DNA from: Thermodesulfobacteriota bacterium
Lineage (GTDB): Bacteria; Desulfobacterota; Desulfarculia; JACQYL01
Reading direction: 5' to 3'
NCBI GenBank assembly: GCA_963675595.2
Contig: CAXXLZ010000003.1
Coordinates: forward strand, 64,001 to 128,000
DNA length: 64,000 nt
This document shows, piece by piece, positions 1 to 9,532 of this stretch (position 1 is its first letter; every line of letters starts with the position of its first letter). Under the pieces are notes generated by a model, which saw nothing but the letters and a program-made list of their open reading frames with translations, was not told the DNA's origin and searched no databases. The translations under genes and the position numbers were made by a program.

Positions 1-386
1 CCCGCGCAACAGAGGGTCCCCTTTTTCATCACCTGCCCGGCGCGGGAACCGATGTTTCCGCGAACCACGATGTCGCCGCCGCGAAGTCCCTCACCGGCGA
101 TGGCTCCGGCGTTTCCGCCGACCACGATGGTTCCCTGAAACATGTTGTCGCCCACGCCCCAACTGACGTTCTTCTCCACTTCGACGCAGGGTCCGTCGGT
201 GAGGCCGCCGCAATAGTAGCCCGCGGAACCGCGAATCTTGACTTTGATGGGGTTGATGAGACCCACACCGATATAGTGTCGGGCGTCCGGGTTCACGACT
301 TCCACATTGTGGTGAGTGGACCCGTAGCCGCGAATCAATTCATTGGCCTTACGCACGGTCATGGTCGATAGGTCGATGCTTACCAT
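1..386 (-). CDS. GXGXG-motif glutamate synthase subunit (GlxC/MgsB-like), runs off the window start
   Basis: Not in the ORF track. Manual translation from ATG at 386 gives MVSIDLSTMTVRKANELIRGYG...ARHYIGVGL...VKIRGSAGYYCGGL...GDNMFQGTIVVGGNAGAIAGEGLRGGDIVVRGNIGSRAGQVMKKG, a GXGXG beta-helix. AAGGAAGGG RBS upstream; follows the class II GATase. Confidence 0.85.
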   Translation of the reverse strand, partial: MVSIDLSTMTVRKANELIRGYGSTHHNVEVVNPDARHYIGVGLINPIKVKIRGSAGYYCGGLTDGPCVEVEKNVSWGVGDNMFQGTIVVGGNAGAIAGEGLRGGDIVVRGNIGSRAGQVMKKGTLCCA

Positions 387-454
387 TGGATGTTCGTCCC
401 TTCCTTAAGAGCTGCCGTAGAGCCCTGGTTGCGGGTGAAAAATGGATCGAAGAG

Positions 455-1375
455 TTAATTTCCCCGGGTCCACAGTCCGTAAGTCAGGGGGGGCGGCTCG
501 GTGGTGTCGAGAGCTTTGCCCGGGAACAGGCGGTTGATCCCCACTTCCTCGGAAGAAACGGCGATCAGATCGTCGGTTTCGTACAACACCATGGGCTTGG
601 CCGCGAGTTTGTCCTTCGCGTATCCAATGGAGTCGCGGGTGGCCACCAGGTAGGAAAACGTGCCGTCCAATTCTTCCAGCGAGGTCTTGAGGACCTCTTC
701 CAGCGTGGCCCCCTGTTTCATCTGGTAGGCCAGATACACGGCGATGAGCTCCGTGTCGTTTTCCGTCATGAATTCCATGCCCTTGCGCTCCAGGCGTCTT
801 CTCATGATCCAGTAGTTGGTCAACTGTCCGTTGTGCACCGTGGAGACGTCGGCGAATCCCGTGGCCCAGAAGGGGTGGGACGTATTGGGATGAACGCCGG
901 ATTCGGTGGCGAGGCGAATGTGGGAAAGTCCGTGGTCGCCGTCGAACGCTCCGATTCCATACCTGGCGGAAACCTGATGCGGGAGTCCCACGTCCTTGAT
1001 GATGTCGATGTTGGAACCCACGGACACGATTTGCGCCACACGCCCCAGGTTGTAGGAAAACTGCTGAACGTCGCCGGAGTATTTGAGGCGAACGGCGAAG
1101 GTGAGACCCATGATCTCTTCCTTCATGATTTCCGCGCCCTGGTCGGCGAGGGCCTGCTTGATCCGGGCGACGTCCTGATGCTCGGCGTCGTCGGCATCGA
1201 TGAAGAAACGCATCTTCAGTTCGCCCGGTTTCGGCTCGTCGTAAAGGGCCCATCCCGCCGAATCGGGTCCCCGATGCACCGTGGCGTTGAGCATTTCGGT
1301 GAGCGCCTGGCCCGTGGTCATGCCGAGGTTGGGACGTTTGTCGTGCTTAAACAGCAATCCTGCGATAGCGCACAT
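455..1375 (-). CDS. Class II glutamine amidotransferase (GlxB/MgsA-like)
   Basis: N-terminal nucleophile MCAIAG; HRGPDSAG, SHIRLATES, SHPF, VHNGQLTN and ENDTE motifs; GAGGAGG RBS. Confidence 0.88.
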   Translation of the reverse strand: MCAIAGLLFKHDKRPNLGMTTGQALTEMLNATVHRGPDSAGWALYDEPKPGELKMRFFIDADDAEHQDVARIKQALADQGAEIMKEEIMGLTFAVRLKYSGDVQQFSYNLGRVAQIVSVGSNIDIIKDVGLPHQVSARYGIGAFDGDHGLSHIRLATESGVHPNTSHPFWATGFADVSTVHNGQLTNYWIMRRRLERKGMEFMTENDTELIAVYLAYQMKQGATLEEVLKTSLEELDGTFSYLVATRDSIGYAKDKLAAKPMVLYETDDLIAVSSEEVGINRLFPGKALDTTEPPPLTYGLWTRGN

Positions 1376-1502
1376 GAATACCTCCTCAAATGTATCTTGC
1401 TTTGCGCAAACGTTTGCTCACCACGGGGTGGAATCCGGGAACAATAAGGTGGGTGGTTCAGGGCCTCCCTTGGTGAATCGCAATGGGCTAAACAACCCAC
1501 GT

Positions 1503-1531
1503 ACTGTACCCAAAGCCCGATTTCGTGTCAA
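1503..1531 (-). promoter_or_regulatory. sigma70-type promoter of the GATase operon
   Basis: Minus strand reads TTGACA-N17-TACAGT. Confidence 0.65.
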
Positions 1532-1549
1532 GAACACAGGTCAAGAATT

Positions 1550-1564
1550 TTTCCTGTGGTGAAA
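1550..1564. promoter_or_regulatory. Candidate XRE-regulator operator, copy 1
   Basis: TTTCCTGTGGTGAAA, 14/15 identical to the copy at 2509-2523; both lie 18-19 bp upstream of a -35 box. Confidence 0.55.
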
Positions 1565-1660
1565 ATCGAGTTCCGTCCAGGCGAGCGGCCGGGCTGGTGA
1601 AAGGGTTTCGCCGGACAACCCGCCGCTCAATGGTCGGCTTTGGGGAAACGTCCGGCGACG

Positions 1661-2281
1661 TCAGGATTCTTCCGGGAATCGGGGATATACAATCATCGCG
1701 AGGAACTTGATCGGCAGCTTGACCAGTTCTTCCGGTCCGTGAGGCACATCGGCGTCAAAGAAAAGAGAATCACCCGGCGACAGATTGTAGGTTTTGTTCC
1801 CATGTCTGTAAAGCACCACTCCCTCCAGGACATAGGTGAACTCCATGCCGGTATGCTGAAAAATGGGGAAAACTTCCGAGCTCTCCGTAAGGGTGACCAG
1901 GTAGGGCTCGATGGCTATGCTCTTTCCCACGCTGTGACCCAAGAGCTGATAAAGATGTCCGGCACGGCTGCCTCGTCGTTCGATGGCCAGTCCTTCTCCG
2001 GCCTTGACGTAACTTGCGTCTCTTTCTTCCTCGTATTTTCGGAAGAAGGCGGTGACCGGGATATGGAGGGCCGTGGACAGCGCCTGCAAGGTGGCCAGGG
2101 AAGGGGAGGCGATGCCGTTTTCAATTTTTGACAACATGCCCGTGGAGAGTCCCGCGAGCTTGGCCAATTCGGCTACGGTCAGATCGATGCGTTTTCTAAA
2201 GGCGCGTACTTCGTGCCCGATGGCGACTTCCAATTTATTGCTCCGCGCAGCGGGTTCCCCTTGGGGGTTCCTTTGTTCCAT
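1661..2281 (-). CDS. XRE-family HTH regulator with C-terminal cupin domain
   Basis: HTH LTVAELAKLAGLSTGMLSKIENGIASPSLATL; cupin FQHTGMEFTYVLEG...GDSLFFDADVPH. Confidence 0.92.
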   Translation of the reverse strand: MEQRNPQGEPAARSNKLEVAIGHEVRAFRKRIDLTVAELAKLAGLSTGMLSKIENGIASPSLATLQALSTALHIPVTAFFRKYEEERDASYVKAGEGLAIERRGSRAGHLYQLLGHSVGKSIAIEPYLVTLTESSEVFPIFQHTGMEFTYVLEGVVLYRHGNKTYNLSPGDSLFFDADVPHGPEELVKLPIKFLAMIVYPRFPEES

Positions 2282-2459
2282 AGACTGTGCTCGTCGATGA
2301 GGATTAACGTGTTTTTTCCGGCATACGTCTCGGATGAGAATCGAAGTTCAACCGACGGAGGGGATGATGCCGAAACCCGGTCTCCTCGGCATGATCGGCG
2401 TGCACACGGCCTGGAACGCAGGGCCGCATAATTGCCGAGTCTCGCCGGATCAATTCGAC

Positions 2460-2489
2460 AATATAACAGGCCGTGATCGGGGGAGTCAA
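2460..2489 (-). promoter_or_regulatory. sigma70-type promoter of the XRE gene
   Basis: Minus strand reads TTGACT-N18-TATATT with an extended TG. Confidence 0.5.
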
Positions 2490-2508
2490 TGAATTAAAGG
2501 AAACGAAG

Positions 2509-2523
2509 TTTCCTGTGATGAAA
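2509..2523. promoter_or_regulatory. Candidate XRE-regulator operator, copy 2
   Basis: TTTCCTGTGATGAAA; see 1550-1564. Confidence 0.55.
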
Positions 2524-2628
2524 GAAGAGGGGATGGAGCAGGCTTGGTGATGTTTCATGGCCCACATGAGGCGCACGGTTCTCCGCGCCCCTCATGTGGG
2601 TGAGTTTCCAAGGCGACGCTTCCGTGCA

Positions 2629-3894
2629 TCAAGGGCCGGGCCGAAAGGAATCCGGTGGAAATTGCAGGGTGGCGAAATAATCCTGGACGGTTTCTTCTCT
2701 GCGAATCAGTTCCACCACGCCGTCCGTTCGAAGGAGGAGTTCTTTGGGCCTTAATCGGCCGTTGTAGTTGAAACCCATGGCGTGCCCGTGGGCGCCGGTA
2801 TCGTGGATCAGAAGCAGGTCTCCTTCCGCGAGGGGAGGCAGAGGTCGTTGAACGGCGAACTTGTCGTTGTTTTCGCAAAGGGAACCCACCACGTCGGCGG
2901 TCAGGCTCAAAGGTGAGTCATCCTTCCCGTGCACGGTAATGTGGTGGTAGGCTCCGTAGATCCCGGGTCTCATCAGGGAAGACATGCAGGCGTCCACGCC
3001 CACGTATTCCCTGTAAATGTGTTTCCGGTTGATGACGCGCGAAACCAGTGCGCCGTGGGGACCCGTCATGTATCTGCCGCTTTCCATGAACAGGCTCGGC
3101 ACGCCGCCGTGTCGGTCTTCGAAGGCGCGGCACAGGTCCAGGGTTTCCTTGCCGAGGGCGGCCACGTTCAGGGGCCCGTCCTCCGGCCGGTAGGGAATGC
3201 CCAACCCGCCCCCGATGTTGATAAAATCAAAAGTGATGCCCAGTTCGCCCGAAAGGCGTTCCACCTGCTCCAACAGCATCTTCACCGTAGCAACCATGTA
3301 GGTGTGGTCGAGTTCGTTGGAACAGAGCATGGTATGCAACCCGAATCGCGTCGCCCCACGATTCATGGCCTGTCTGTAGGCTTCCGGGAGCTGGTCGTGG
3401 CTCACGCCGTACTTGGCTTCTTCAGGGTTGCCGATGATGGCGTTTCCGGTTCTGCGAGGACCGGGATTGTAGCGGAAGCAGATGGTTTCCGGCATGACCG
3501 GGACTTTGGGGACCAGCGTCAGGTCGTCTAGATTCAGGAGGCAACCGCCGTCCTCCGCCGACACGCGGAGCTCCTCCAACGTGGTGTTGTTGGAGGTGAA
3601 CATGATCTCATGGCCTCGGGCGCCCGCCTCCCGGCTCAGGATCAACTCGGGAATGGAACTGCAGTCGAACCCGAACCCCATTCCGCGCATAATGGATAGG
3701 ATGGCCGGGTTGGGCAGGGCCTTCACGGCGAAGTATTCCCGAAAGCCCCGGATACCGGCAAACGAGCTTTTCAGGTATTCGGCCGTTTCGCGGATGCCCT
3801 GTTCGTCGTAGATATGAAAAGGCGTGCCGAAGTGTTCGGCGGTCTCTTCGAGTATGGGTGCAAGTCGGTTCCGGAAGCCCTCTGACATGGGCAT
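2629..3894 (-). CDS. lysA: Diaminopimelate decarboxylase
   Basis: PLP lysine motif FAVKALPN; INIGGGLG, ESGRY, VVGSLCENND, GAHGHAMGFNYNGR. Confidence 0.88.
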   Translation of the reverse strand: MPMSEGFRNRLAPILEETAEHFGTPFHIYDEQGIRETAEYLKSSFAGIRGFREYFAVKALPNPAILSIMRGMGFGFDCSSIPELILSREAGARGHEIMFTSNNTTLEELRVSAEDGGCLLNLDDLTLVPKVPVMPETICFRYNPGPRRTGNAIIGNPEEAKYGVSHDQLPEAYRQAMNRGATRFGLHTMLCSNELDHTYMVATVKMLLEQVERLSGELGITFDFINIGGGLGIPYRPEDGPLNVAALGKETLDLCRAFEDRHGGVPSLFMESGRYMTGPHGALVSRVINRKHIYREYVGVDACMSSLMRPGIYGAYHHITVHGKDDSPLSLTADVVGSLCENNDKFAVQRPLPPLAEGDLLLIHDTGAHGHAMGFNYNGRLRPKELLLRTDGVVELIRREETVQDYFATLQFPPDSFRPGP

Positions 3895-4128
3895 GGCGCA
3901 TTCCTCCCTTTCGTTGGCGCGGGGCCGGCTTGGAAAAACGAGTGCCTTCGACGTGCGACGCGCGGCGTTCGGGAGCCCCGGGTTCTCGTTTCCGAAAAAA
4001 ACGAAAAACTCTATCTAACAGGTTTTTCCCGAGTTGAAAAGAACGCAAACGGAAAGCACTTCACCGACGCGGCTCGTTGGGGTATGAGCCCGCGCCGGGA
4101 AGCGCGGAGATTGAACCCGTCGGTTATT

Positions 4129-4698
4129 TCAGGAAGGGTGTCGAGGGCCGTGGTTCTCTCCGAACACGTCCGCCGTGAAGACGTACAGTTCCACTCCCCG
4201 TTTCCAGTCGCCGGGGGCGAGGCCCGCTTTGATACAGGTGTGGTCCAGGAATTCCGAACGATCCCAACCCTGCTCCACGGCAACCTGGGGCAGAAGGACG
4301 CCTCGGTTGAATCCTTTAATAATATAGATACCGTGGGTGCCCACTTGGATCTCGTTGGGATCCTCCACCCGCCTGAGGGGAGAGAGCACGGAAATCTCAA
4401 TGTCGATCTCGTCCAGTTCCTTTTCCCGAAGAGGGGGGAAACGAGGGTCGTCGAAAGCGGAGCAGAGGGCCATTTCCCGGACGGTGAGGTACAGGGGCTT
4501 TTCTCCCTCGAAGAGCCCGATGCAGCCCCTGAGTCCGTTCTTGGTGTGGAGCGAAACGAAGACTCCTCGCCGTAGATGGAGTTCCTCATTATCGGGAGGA
4601 GGCGACGAGGGGTTTTTATTGTACAATCTGCACTCGATCGCTTCTCTGGCGAGTTCCAGAAGGGCCCTGTGTGACGAATCGCTGAGTTGTTCCCCCAC
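4129..4698 (-). CDS. amrA: AmmeMemoRadiSam system protein A (AMMECR1 family)
   Basis: GVFVSL, LRGCIG, DPRFPPL, EISVLSP, GVLLPQVA, CIKAGL. Start placed at GTG 4698 after an AAGGAGG RBS. Confidence 0.9.
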   Translation of the reverse strand: MGEQLSDSSHRALLELAREAIECRLYNKNPSSPPPDNEELHLRRGVFVSLHTKNGLRGCIGLFEGEKPLYLTVREMALCSAFDDPRFPPLREKELDEIDIEISVLSPLRRVEDPNEIQVGTHGIYIIKGFNRGVLLPQVAVEQGWDRSEFLDHTCIKAGLAPGDWKRGVELYVFTADVFGENHGPRHPS

Positions 4699-5167
4699 GT
4701 TGGAAGCCTCCTTGACAGATCGACGGCAGGCGCGATCTGCGGTGTCGGACTTCATTCCTCGTGACTGCGGCATACTTCGCGCCCCATTCCTTGGAATTTG
4801 CCCGCCTTGTATCTCGTTGTCGTTCACCGGCCCGTCACAGCCGGACTTTTCCAGTGGCTGCCGAAATCTCCGGGAAATGTTGCGTTGAGTTTAAGGCAGT
4901 ATAGATGGGATTCTCATAGCTGTCAAAATCCGGACGACACGGCGGTTGCGCCCGGAATCGAGATCCGCCGCCGAACCACCGAACAGCAGCCGTTGATGCA
5001 TGCTTTCATATTGACAATCAAGGGGCGGGGTGATACAAGGTCTGCTTTTACATCTGCCGGGGCAAAGCGGTACAGCTCATCCTGCGAACAACGCGCGGGA
5101 ACCCTTCTCGATGAGTCCACCCGAAAGGTCCGCCGGCCGAATTATCCTCGGGAAGGAGGTACACGGG

Positions 5168-5545
5168 TTGAAGGCACTTGGAAGACACCTGATTCTCGAG
5201 TTTTACGGCTGTACACCGGAAGCGCTCGACCATAAAGAAAAGATCGAAGAAATTCTGGTGAGTGCTGCTGAAAACGCCGGTGCACATGTGATTCACCCCT
5301 TCTTTCACAAGTTTTCGCCTCAGGGAGTCAGTGGGATGGTCATTATCGCCGAATCCCACCTTTCGATACATACTTGGCCGGAATACGGATATGCGGCGGT
5401 GGACGTATTCGTATGCGGTGATTACGTAGATTGCGATCTAGCTTACGAAACGATTCGTTCCGCTTTAGAGGCCAAGAGCAGCCAAATTATGGAGTTCAAA
5501 CGAGGCGCCTTGGATATCCCTCGTGAGGAACTCAGGCACAAGTGA
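5168..5545 (+). CDS. speD: S-adenosylmethionine decarboxylase proenzyme
   Basis: GRHLILEFYGC, FSPQGVSG, pyruvoyl cleavage site AESHLSIHTWPE, DVFVCG. TTG start after GGAGG. Confidence 0.93.
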   Translation: MKALGRHLILEFYGCTPEALDHKEKIEEILVSAAENAGAHVIHPFFHKFSPQGVSGMVIIAESHLSIHTWPEYGYAAVDVFVCGDYVDCDLAYETIRSALEAKSSQIMEFKRGALDIPREELRHK

Positions 5546-5609
5546 CACCAAAGGCCCGGACCGGCCGGATACTGCGGTCGGCACGATCACCACGTAAGTC
5601 GCCTTGCAT

Positions 5610-6002
5610 ATGGAGGAGCGGCAATTGGAATTGCGTGAACGATACACGAATGAAGAGGCCTGGGGTATCCTCTCGAGCATTGACATCCGGGGTTGCAGCG
5701 CGGAACGAATCACGGACAAGGATACGGTTCGAGACTTCGCTCAGGCCCTTTGCAAAGTTATAGACATGCGTCCCTATGGAGAGCCGGTGGTGGTTCATTT
5801 CGGCAGCGGCGAAGTGGAAGGATTTTCTTTGGTCCAGTTGATCGAGACTTCTCTGATCAGCGGGCATTTCGCCAACGAATCCAATAGGGCGTTCATCGAT
5901 ATTTTCAGCTGCAAGTATTATGAGCCCGAAGTAGCGGCGAACTTCTGTCTAGAATATTTCAAGGGGACCGAATACACCATCAACGTTCAACTGAGAAAAT
6001 AG
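5610..6002 (+). CDS. Divergent AdoMetDC-fold (pyruvoyl) decarboxylase paralog
   Basis: GFSLVQLIETSLISGHF and FIDIFSCK align with the SpeD cleavage region, but with ETS in place of ESH. Confidence 0.75.
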   Translation: MEERQLELRERYTNEEAWGILSSIDIRGCSAERITDKDTVRDFAQALCKVIDMRPYGEPVVVHFGSGEVEGFSLVQLIETSLISGHFANESNRAFIDIFSCKYYEPEVAANFCLEYFKGTEYTINVQLRK

Positions 6003-6012
6003 GATTCCGGGG

Positions 6013-6921
6013 ATGGGCGATTCGGAAATCCTCCTGAAGCCCTTGCAGCCGGACTTGAACCTCTGGTTTGAAGAGCGGCTGGAGATCGGCTTTGGGAGCG
6101 TGCTGCGGGTCCTGGTCAAGGAAACGCTGTTGCTGAAGAAATCGCCCTTCCAGCAGATTGCCGTGTTGGACACCGCCAAGTTCGGCCGGATGTTGGTGCT
6201 GGACGGAATCATCAATGTTACCGAGTTCGACGAATTCGCGTACCATGAGATGATCGTGCACGTGCCGATGATCTGCCATCCCTGTCCCCGAAAGGTGCTG
6301 GTGATCGGGGGAGGAGACGGGGGCGCGGTTCGGGAGGCGCTCAAGCATCCGGAGGTCCGCGAAGTCCATCTTTGCGAGATCGATCGGGAAGTGGTGGAGG
6401 TGTCCAAGGAATATCTGCCCGAGATCAGCGCAGGACTGGACGACCACAGGGTCACGGTGCACTATGCCGACGGAGCTGAGTTCGTTAAACGGCATCCCGG
6501 ATATTTCGACGTGATCCTGGTGGACTCGACGGATCCGGTGGGCCCCGGAGCGGTCTTGTTCCGAGAAGAGTTCTTCCGGAACCTGCACGCGGCGCTGAGC
6601 GACGAGGGAATCGTTACCACTCAGTGTGAATCGTTTTTCTTTCATCGAGAGGTCATCGGGACGGTACTTGCCTCATTCGGAAAAGTTTTCCCGGTGACCG
6701 AGTATTATTACTGCATGGTACCCACGTATCCGAGCGGCGTCATCGGGTTCGCTTTCGGCTGTAAGTCGTCTTCCGGCGGAAAAGGACCGGCGGACAAGAG
6801 TCGGGTGGCCGCCCTGGGGCCGCTGAAATACTATAGCTCGGGTATCCATGAAGCGGCGTTCGTTTTGCCCCGCTTTGCCGAAGCGTTCCGGACGCCTGAG
6901 TCCGATGAACCTCGTAGTTGA
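6013..6921 (+). CDS. speE: Spermidine synthase / polyamine aminopropyltransferase
   Basis: [55 protein letters not shown]. Confidence 0.93.
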   Translation: MGDSEILLKPLQPDLNLWFEERLEIGFGSVLRVLVKETLLLKKSPFQQIAVLDTAKFGRMLVLDGIINVTEFDEFAYHEMIVHVPMICHPCPRKVLVIGGGDGGAVREALKHPEVREVHLCEIDREVVEVSKEYLPEISAGLDDHRVTVHYADGAEFVKRHPGYFDVILVDSTDPVGPGAVLFREEFFRNLHAALSDEGIVTTQCESFFFHREVIGTVLASFGKVFPVTEYYYCMVPTYPSGVIGFAFGCKSSSGGKGPADKSRVAALGPLKYYSSGIHEAAFVLPRFAEAFRTPESDEPRS

Positions 6922-6934
6922 CCGAGATAGGCCT

Positions 6935-7612
6935 ATGCACCTCATCGCACCCTCCATTTTATCCGCGGATTTCGCCCACTTGGGCGCCGAGGTTTCCGCG
7001 GTGGAGAAGGGCGGTGCGGACTGGATCCACGTGGATGTGATGGACGGTCATTTCGTCCCCAACATCACCATCGGTCCGCTGGTGGTCCGCGCCGTGCAGC
7101 GGGTCACCGCTCTTCCTCTCGACGTGCACCTCATGATTGAGAACGCGGACGACTTCATTCCCGACTTCGCCAAGTCCGGTGCTCATATCATCACCGTGCA
7201 TTCGGAGGCCTGCACGCACCTCAACCGGACTCTCCAATTGATTCGGAGTCTGGGCGTCCGGCCCGCGGTGTCGCTCAATCCCGCCACTCCCCTGTCCCAT
7301 CTGGATTACGTCCTGGAATACGTGGACATGGTCCTGATCATGAGCGTCAATCCGGGATTCGGAGGGCAGAGTTTCATCCCCAACTCCCTGAAGAAAATCG
7401 AAACCCTGAAGAATCTCATCATCCAACGGGGTCTTGACGTGCTCATTCAGGTGGACGGCGGGGTGAATGCGGATACCATCGGGGGAATTGCGGAAGCGGG
7501 CGCCGACGTATTCGTCGCGGGTTCGGCGATCTTCGGTAGTGAGAACTACGCGGAAACGATTTCCCGGATGAAAGAAATCCTTCGGGATACGAATACGGAT
7601 TCGTCGACCTAA
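6935..7612 (+). CDS. rpe: Ribulose-phosphate 3-epimerase
   Basis: [49 protein letters not shown]. Confidence 0.96.
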   Translation: MHLIAPSILSADFAHLGAEVSAVEKGGADWIHVDVMDGHFVPNITIGPLVVRAVQRVTALPLDVHLMIENADDFIPDFAKSGAHIITVHSEACTHLNRTLQLIRSLGVRPAVSLNPATPLSHLDYVLEYVDMVLIMSVNPGFGGQSFIPNSLKKIETLKNLIIQRGLDVLIQVDGGVNADTIGGIAEAGADVFVAGSAIFGSENYAETISRMKEILRDTNTDSST

Positions 7613-7652
7613 ACACGGATCCTCCAAACTCCACGGTGAGCAAACCTCTTCC

Positions 7653-8501
7653 ATGCCTGGAGGCCTTTTTTTCAATAGATTTTTATGGGGCCTGATTCTT
7701 GTCATGGCCCTTTCCTTTTGTTCTGAGCTTCATTCCGCTCCGGAAAATCCTCCCCTGCGTCATGCCCGACCGATGGTGGAAAACAGCGTGGGAATGACCT
7801 TCGCTTTCATCCCCCGCGGTGAGTTCATGATGGGAAGCCCGTCAACGGAGCGCGGACGGGACGAGGACGAAACCCCTCATCCGGTCGTTCTTTCGGCCGG
7901 ATTCTACCTGCAGACCACCGAAGTCACACAGAGTCAATGGCTGGCCGTGATGGGTTCCAATCCTTCGTTCATGAAGGGGGCCGAGCTTCCCGTCCATCAA
8001 GTCTCATGGTTCGATGCGCGTCGGTTCATAGAACGGCTGAACCGACTGGAGAACACGGACCGTTATCGTCTTCCGCGGGAAGCGGAATGGGAGTACGCCT
8101 GCCGAGGGGGAAGCGGAGAGGCGTTTCCCACGGGTTCGAGCCTGGATGCCTCGTCGGGCAATTTCGACGGCAATCATGCGTATGACCAACGTTCCACAGG
8201 GATTTTCAGGCGAAAACTTCTGCCGGTCGGCGAATTCGAATCCAACGGTTTCGGTCTGTTTGACATGTCCGGCAATGTCTGGGAATGGTGTGAAGACGGA
8301 TACGGCCCTTTTCCCACGGAACCGGCCATCGACCCTCAAGGAGCCCGAGAGGCCGACTATCGGGTTATTCGGGGAGGGAGCTGGTATTATGACGTGGAAG
8401 CATGTCGCTGCGCTTCACGCCACAGGGCGAAGCCCGAAAAGCGAAGCTATCTGATCGGGTTCCGCGTGCTCATGACGGATACGGAGGATCGTTCTCAATG
8501 A
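7653..8501 (+). CDS. Formylglycine-generating enzyme (SUMF1/FGE-sulfatase) domain protein, probably exported
   Basis: FMMGS, TEVTQ, RLPREAEWEYACRGG, GLFDMSGNVWEW, RGGSW, GFR; hydrophobic N-terminus. Confidence 0.88.
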   Translation: MPGGLFFNRFLWGLILVMALSFCSELHSAPENPPLRHARPMVENSVGMTFAFIPRGEFMMGSPSTERGRDEDETPHPVVLSAGFYLQTTEVTQSQWLAVMGSNPSFMKGAELPVHQVSWFDARRFIERLNRLENTDRYRLPREAEWEYACRGGSGEAFPTGSSLDASSGNFDGNHAYDQRSTGIFRRKLLPVGEFESNGFGLFDMSGNVWEWCEDGYGPFPTEPAIDPQGAREADYRVIRGGSWYYDVEACRCASRHRAKPEKRSYLIGFRVLMTDTEDRSQ

Positions 8502-8608
8502 AGCGGGCGGCGGCCTCTTTGCCGACCCGATGACTCCCGGTGCGGATTTTGCCCGAGTCGTTCGCTTTGTCGATGAATTCATGCTCAACGAGAGCCTGGG
8601 AGACGACC

Positions 8609-9532
8609 GTGATTGAATCCGAAGAAAAGAACTGGTTCCGAGACTGGTTGACCGATGATGCGGTGATATCGCATCGCGTGAAGCACGAAGCGGCGGATTG
8701 CAGGACCCGCTTTCAACGGGTGAGGATTCTGGATACGCGTGATCTCGGGCGGATCCTGGTCCTGGACAACAAGATACAGTCCGCCGAGTTGGACGAGTAC
8801 ATTTATCATGAAGCCTTGGTGCATCCGGCCATGCTCTCTCATCCCCATCCCGGGAAAGTCCTGCTCCTCGGCGGTGGAGAAGGGGCCACGCTTCGGGAGA
8901 TTCTCCGGCATGAAACCGTGGAGCAGGTGACCATGGTGGACATCGACGGAGAACTGGTGGATATCTGCCGGGAACACCTTCCCCAGTGGAGCCGAGGCGC
9001 CTTTGACGATCCCAGAACCCGCCTGCATATCATGGATGCCGTGGAGTTCGTGAACACCACCTCGGATCGGTACGACGTGGTGATCTGTGATCTGAGTGAT
9101 CCCGTGGAGAGCGGGCCCGCTTCAGCCTTGTACGCCCGTGAGTTTTACCAAGAGATTCGGAACGTGATGACCGAAGGAGGGGTTTTCGCCACACAGGCGT
9201 TGGAGGTCTTCTATCATTATCTCAGATTGCACGCGGTGATCCACTCCACGGTCGAGGCCGTATTCAAGACGTGCCGCTCCTATTGCGAGTACGTGCACAG
9301 CTTTGGAGCCATGTGGGGGTTTGTCTTAGGCTTCTCGGAGCCTGCGTCGAAACTTCCGGACGCCGACCGTGTGGATCGGCTGCTCCAAGAGCGTGGGGTA
9401 ACCGGCCTGGAATATCTCGACGGCGAAGCCTTTGTGCGGCTGTTTTCCCTGCCCAAGATGGTGGCTCAAGCCGTCGGGGAAAACACCGATATCTCGACCC
9501 GCGATCATCTCATTCACGTGTTCGCGGGCTGA
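8609..9532 (+). CDS. Second aminopropyltransferase (spermine/thermospermine-synthase-like)
   Basis: GRILVLDNKIQSAELDEYIYHEALVHP, LGGGEGATLRE, VDIDGE, DLSDP, SFGAMWGF. Start uncertain (GTG 8609 chosen). Confidence 0.85.
   Translation: MIESEEKNWFRDWLTDDAVISHRVKHEAADCRTRFQRVRILDTRDLGRILVLDNKIQSAELDEYIYHEALVHPAMLSHPHPGKVLLLGGGEGATLREILRHETVEQVTMVDIDGELVDICREHLPQWSRGAFDDPRTRLHIMDAVEFVNTTSDRYDVVICDLSDPVESGPASALYAREFYQEIRNVMTEGGVFATQALEVFYHYLRLHAVIHSTVEAVFKTCRSYCEYVHSFGAMWGFVLGFSEPASKLPDADRVDRLLQERGVTGLEYLDGEAFVRLFSLPKMVAQAVGENTDISTRDHLIHVFAG

Noticed and set aside
386-1447. 353-aa plus-strand and 282-aa minus-strand ORFs
   Set aside because: Alternative frames over the well-supported GATase.
5075-5116. 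SAM-I riboswitch
   Set aside because: A P1-like pairing exists, but the P2-P4 core and GCAACC motif are absent; kept only as a generic structured leader.
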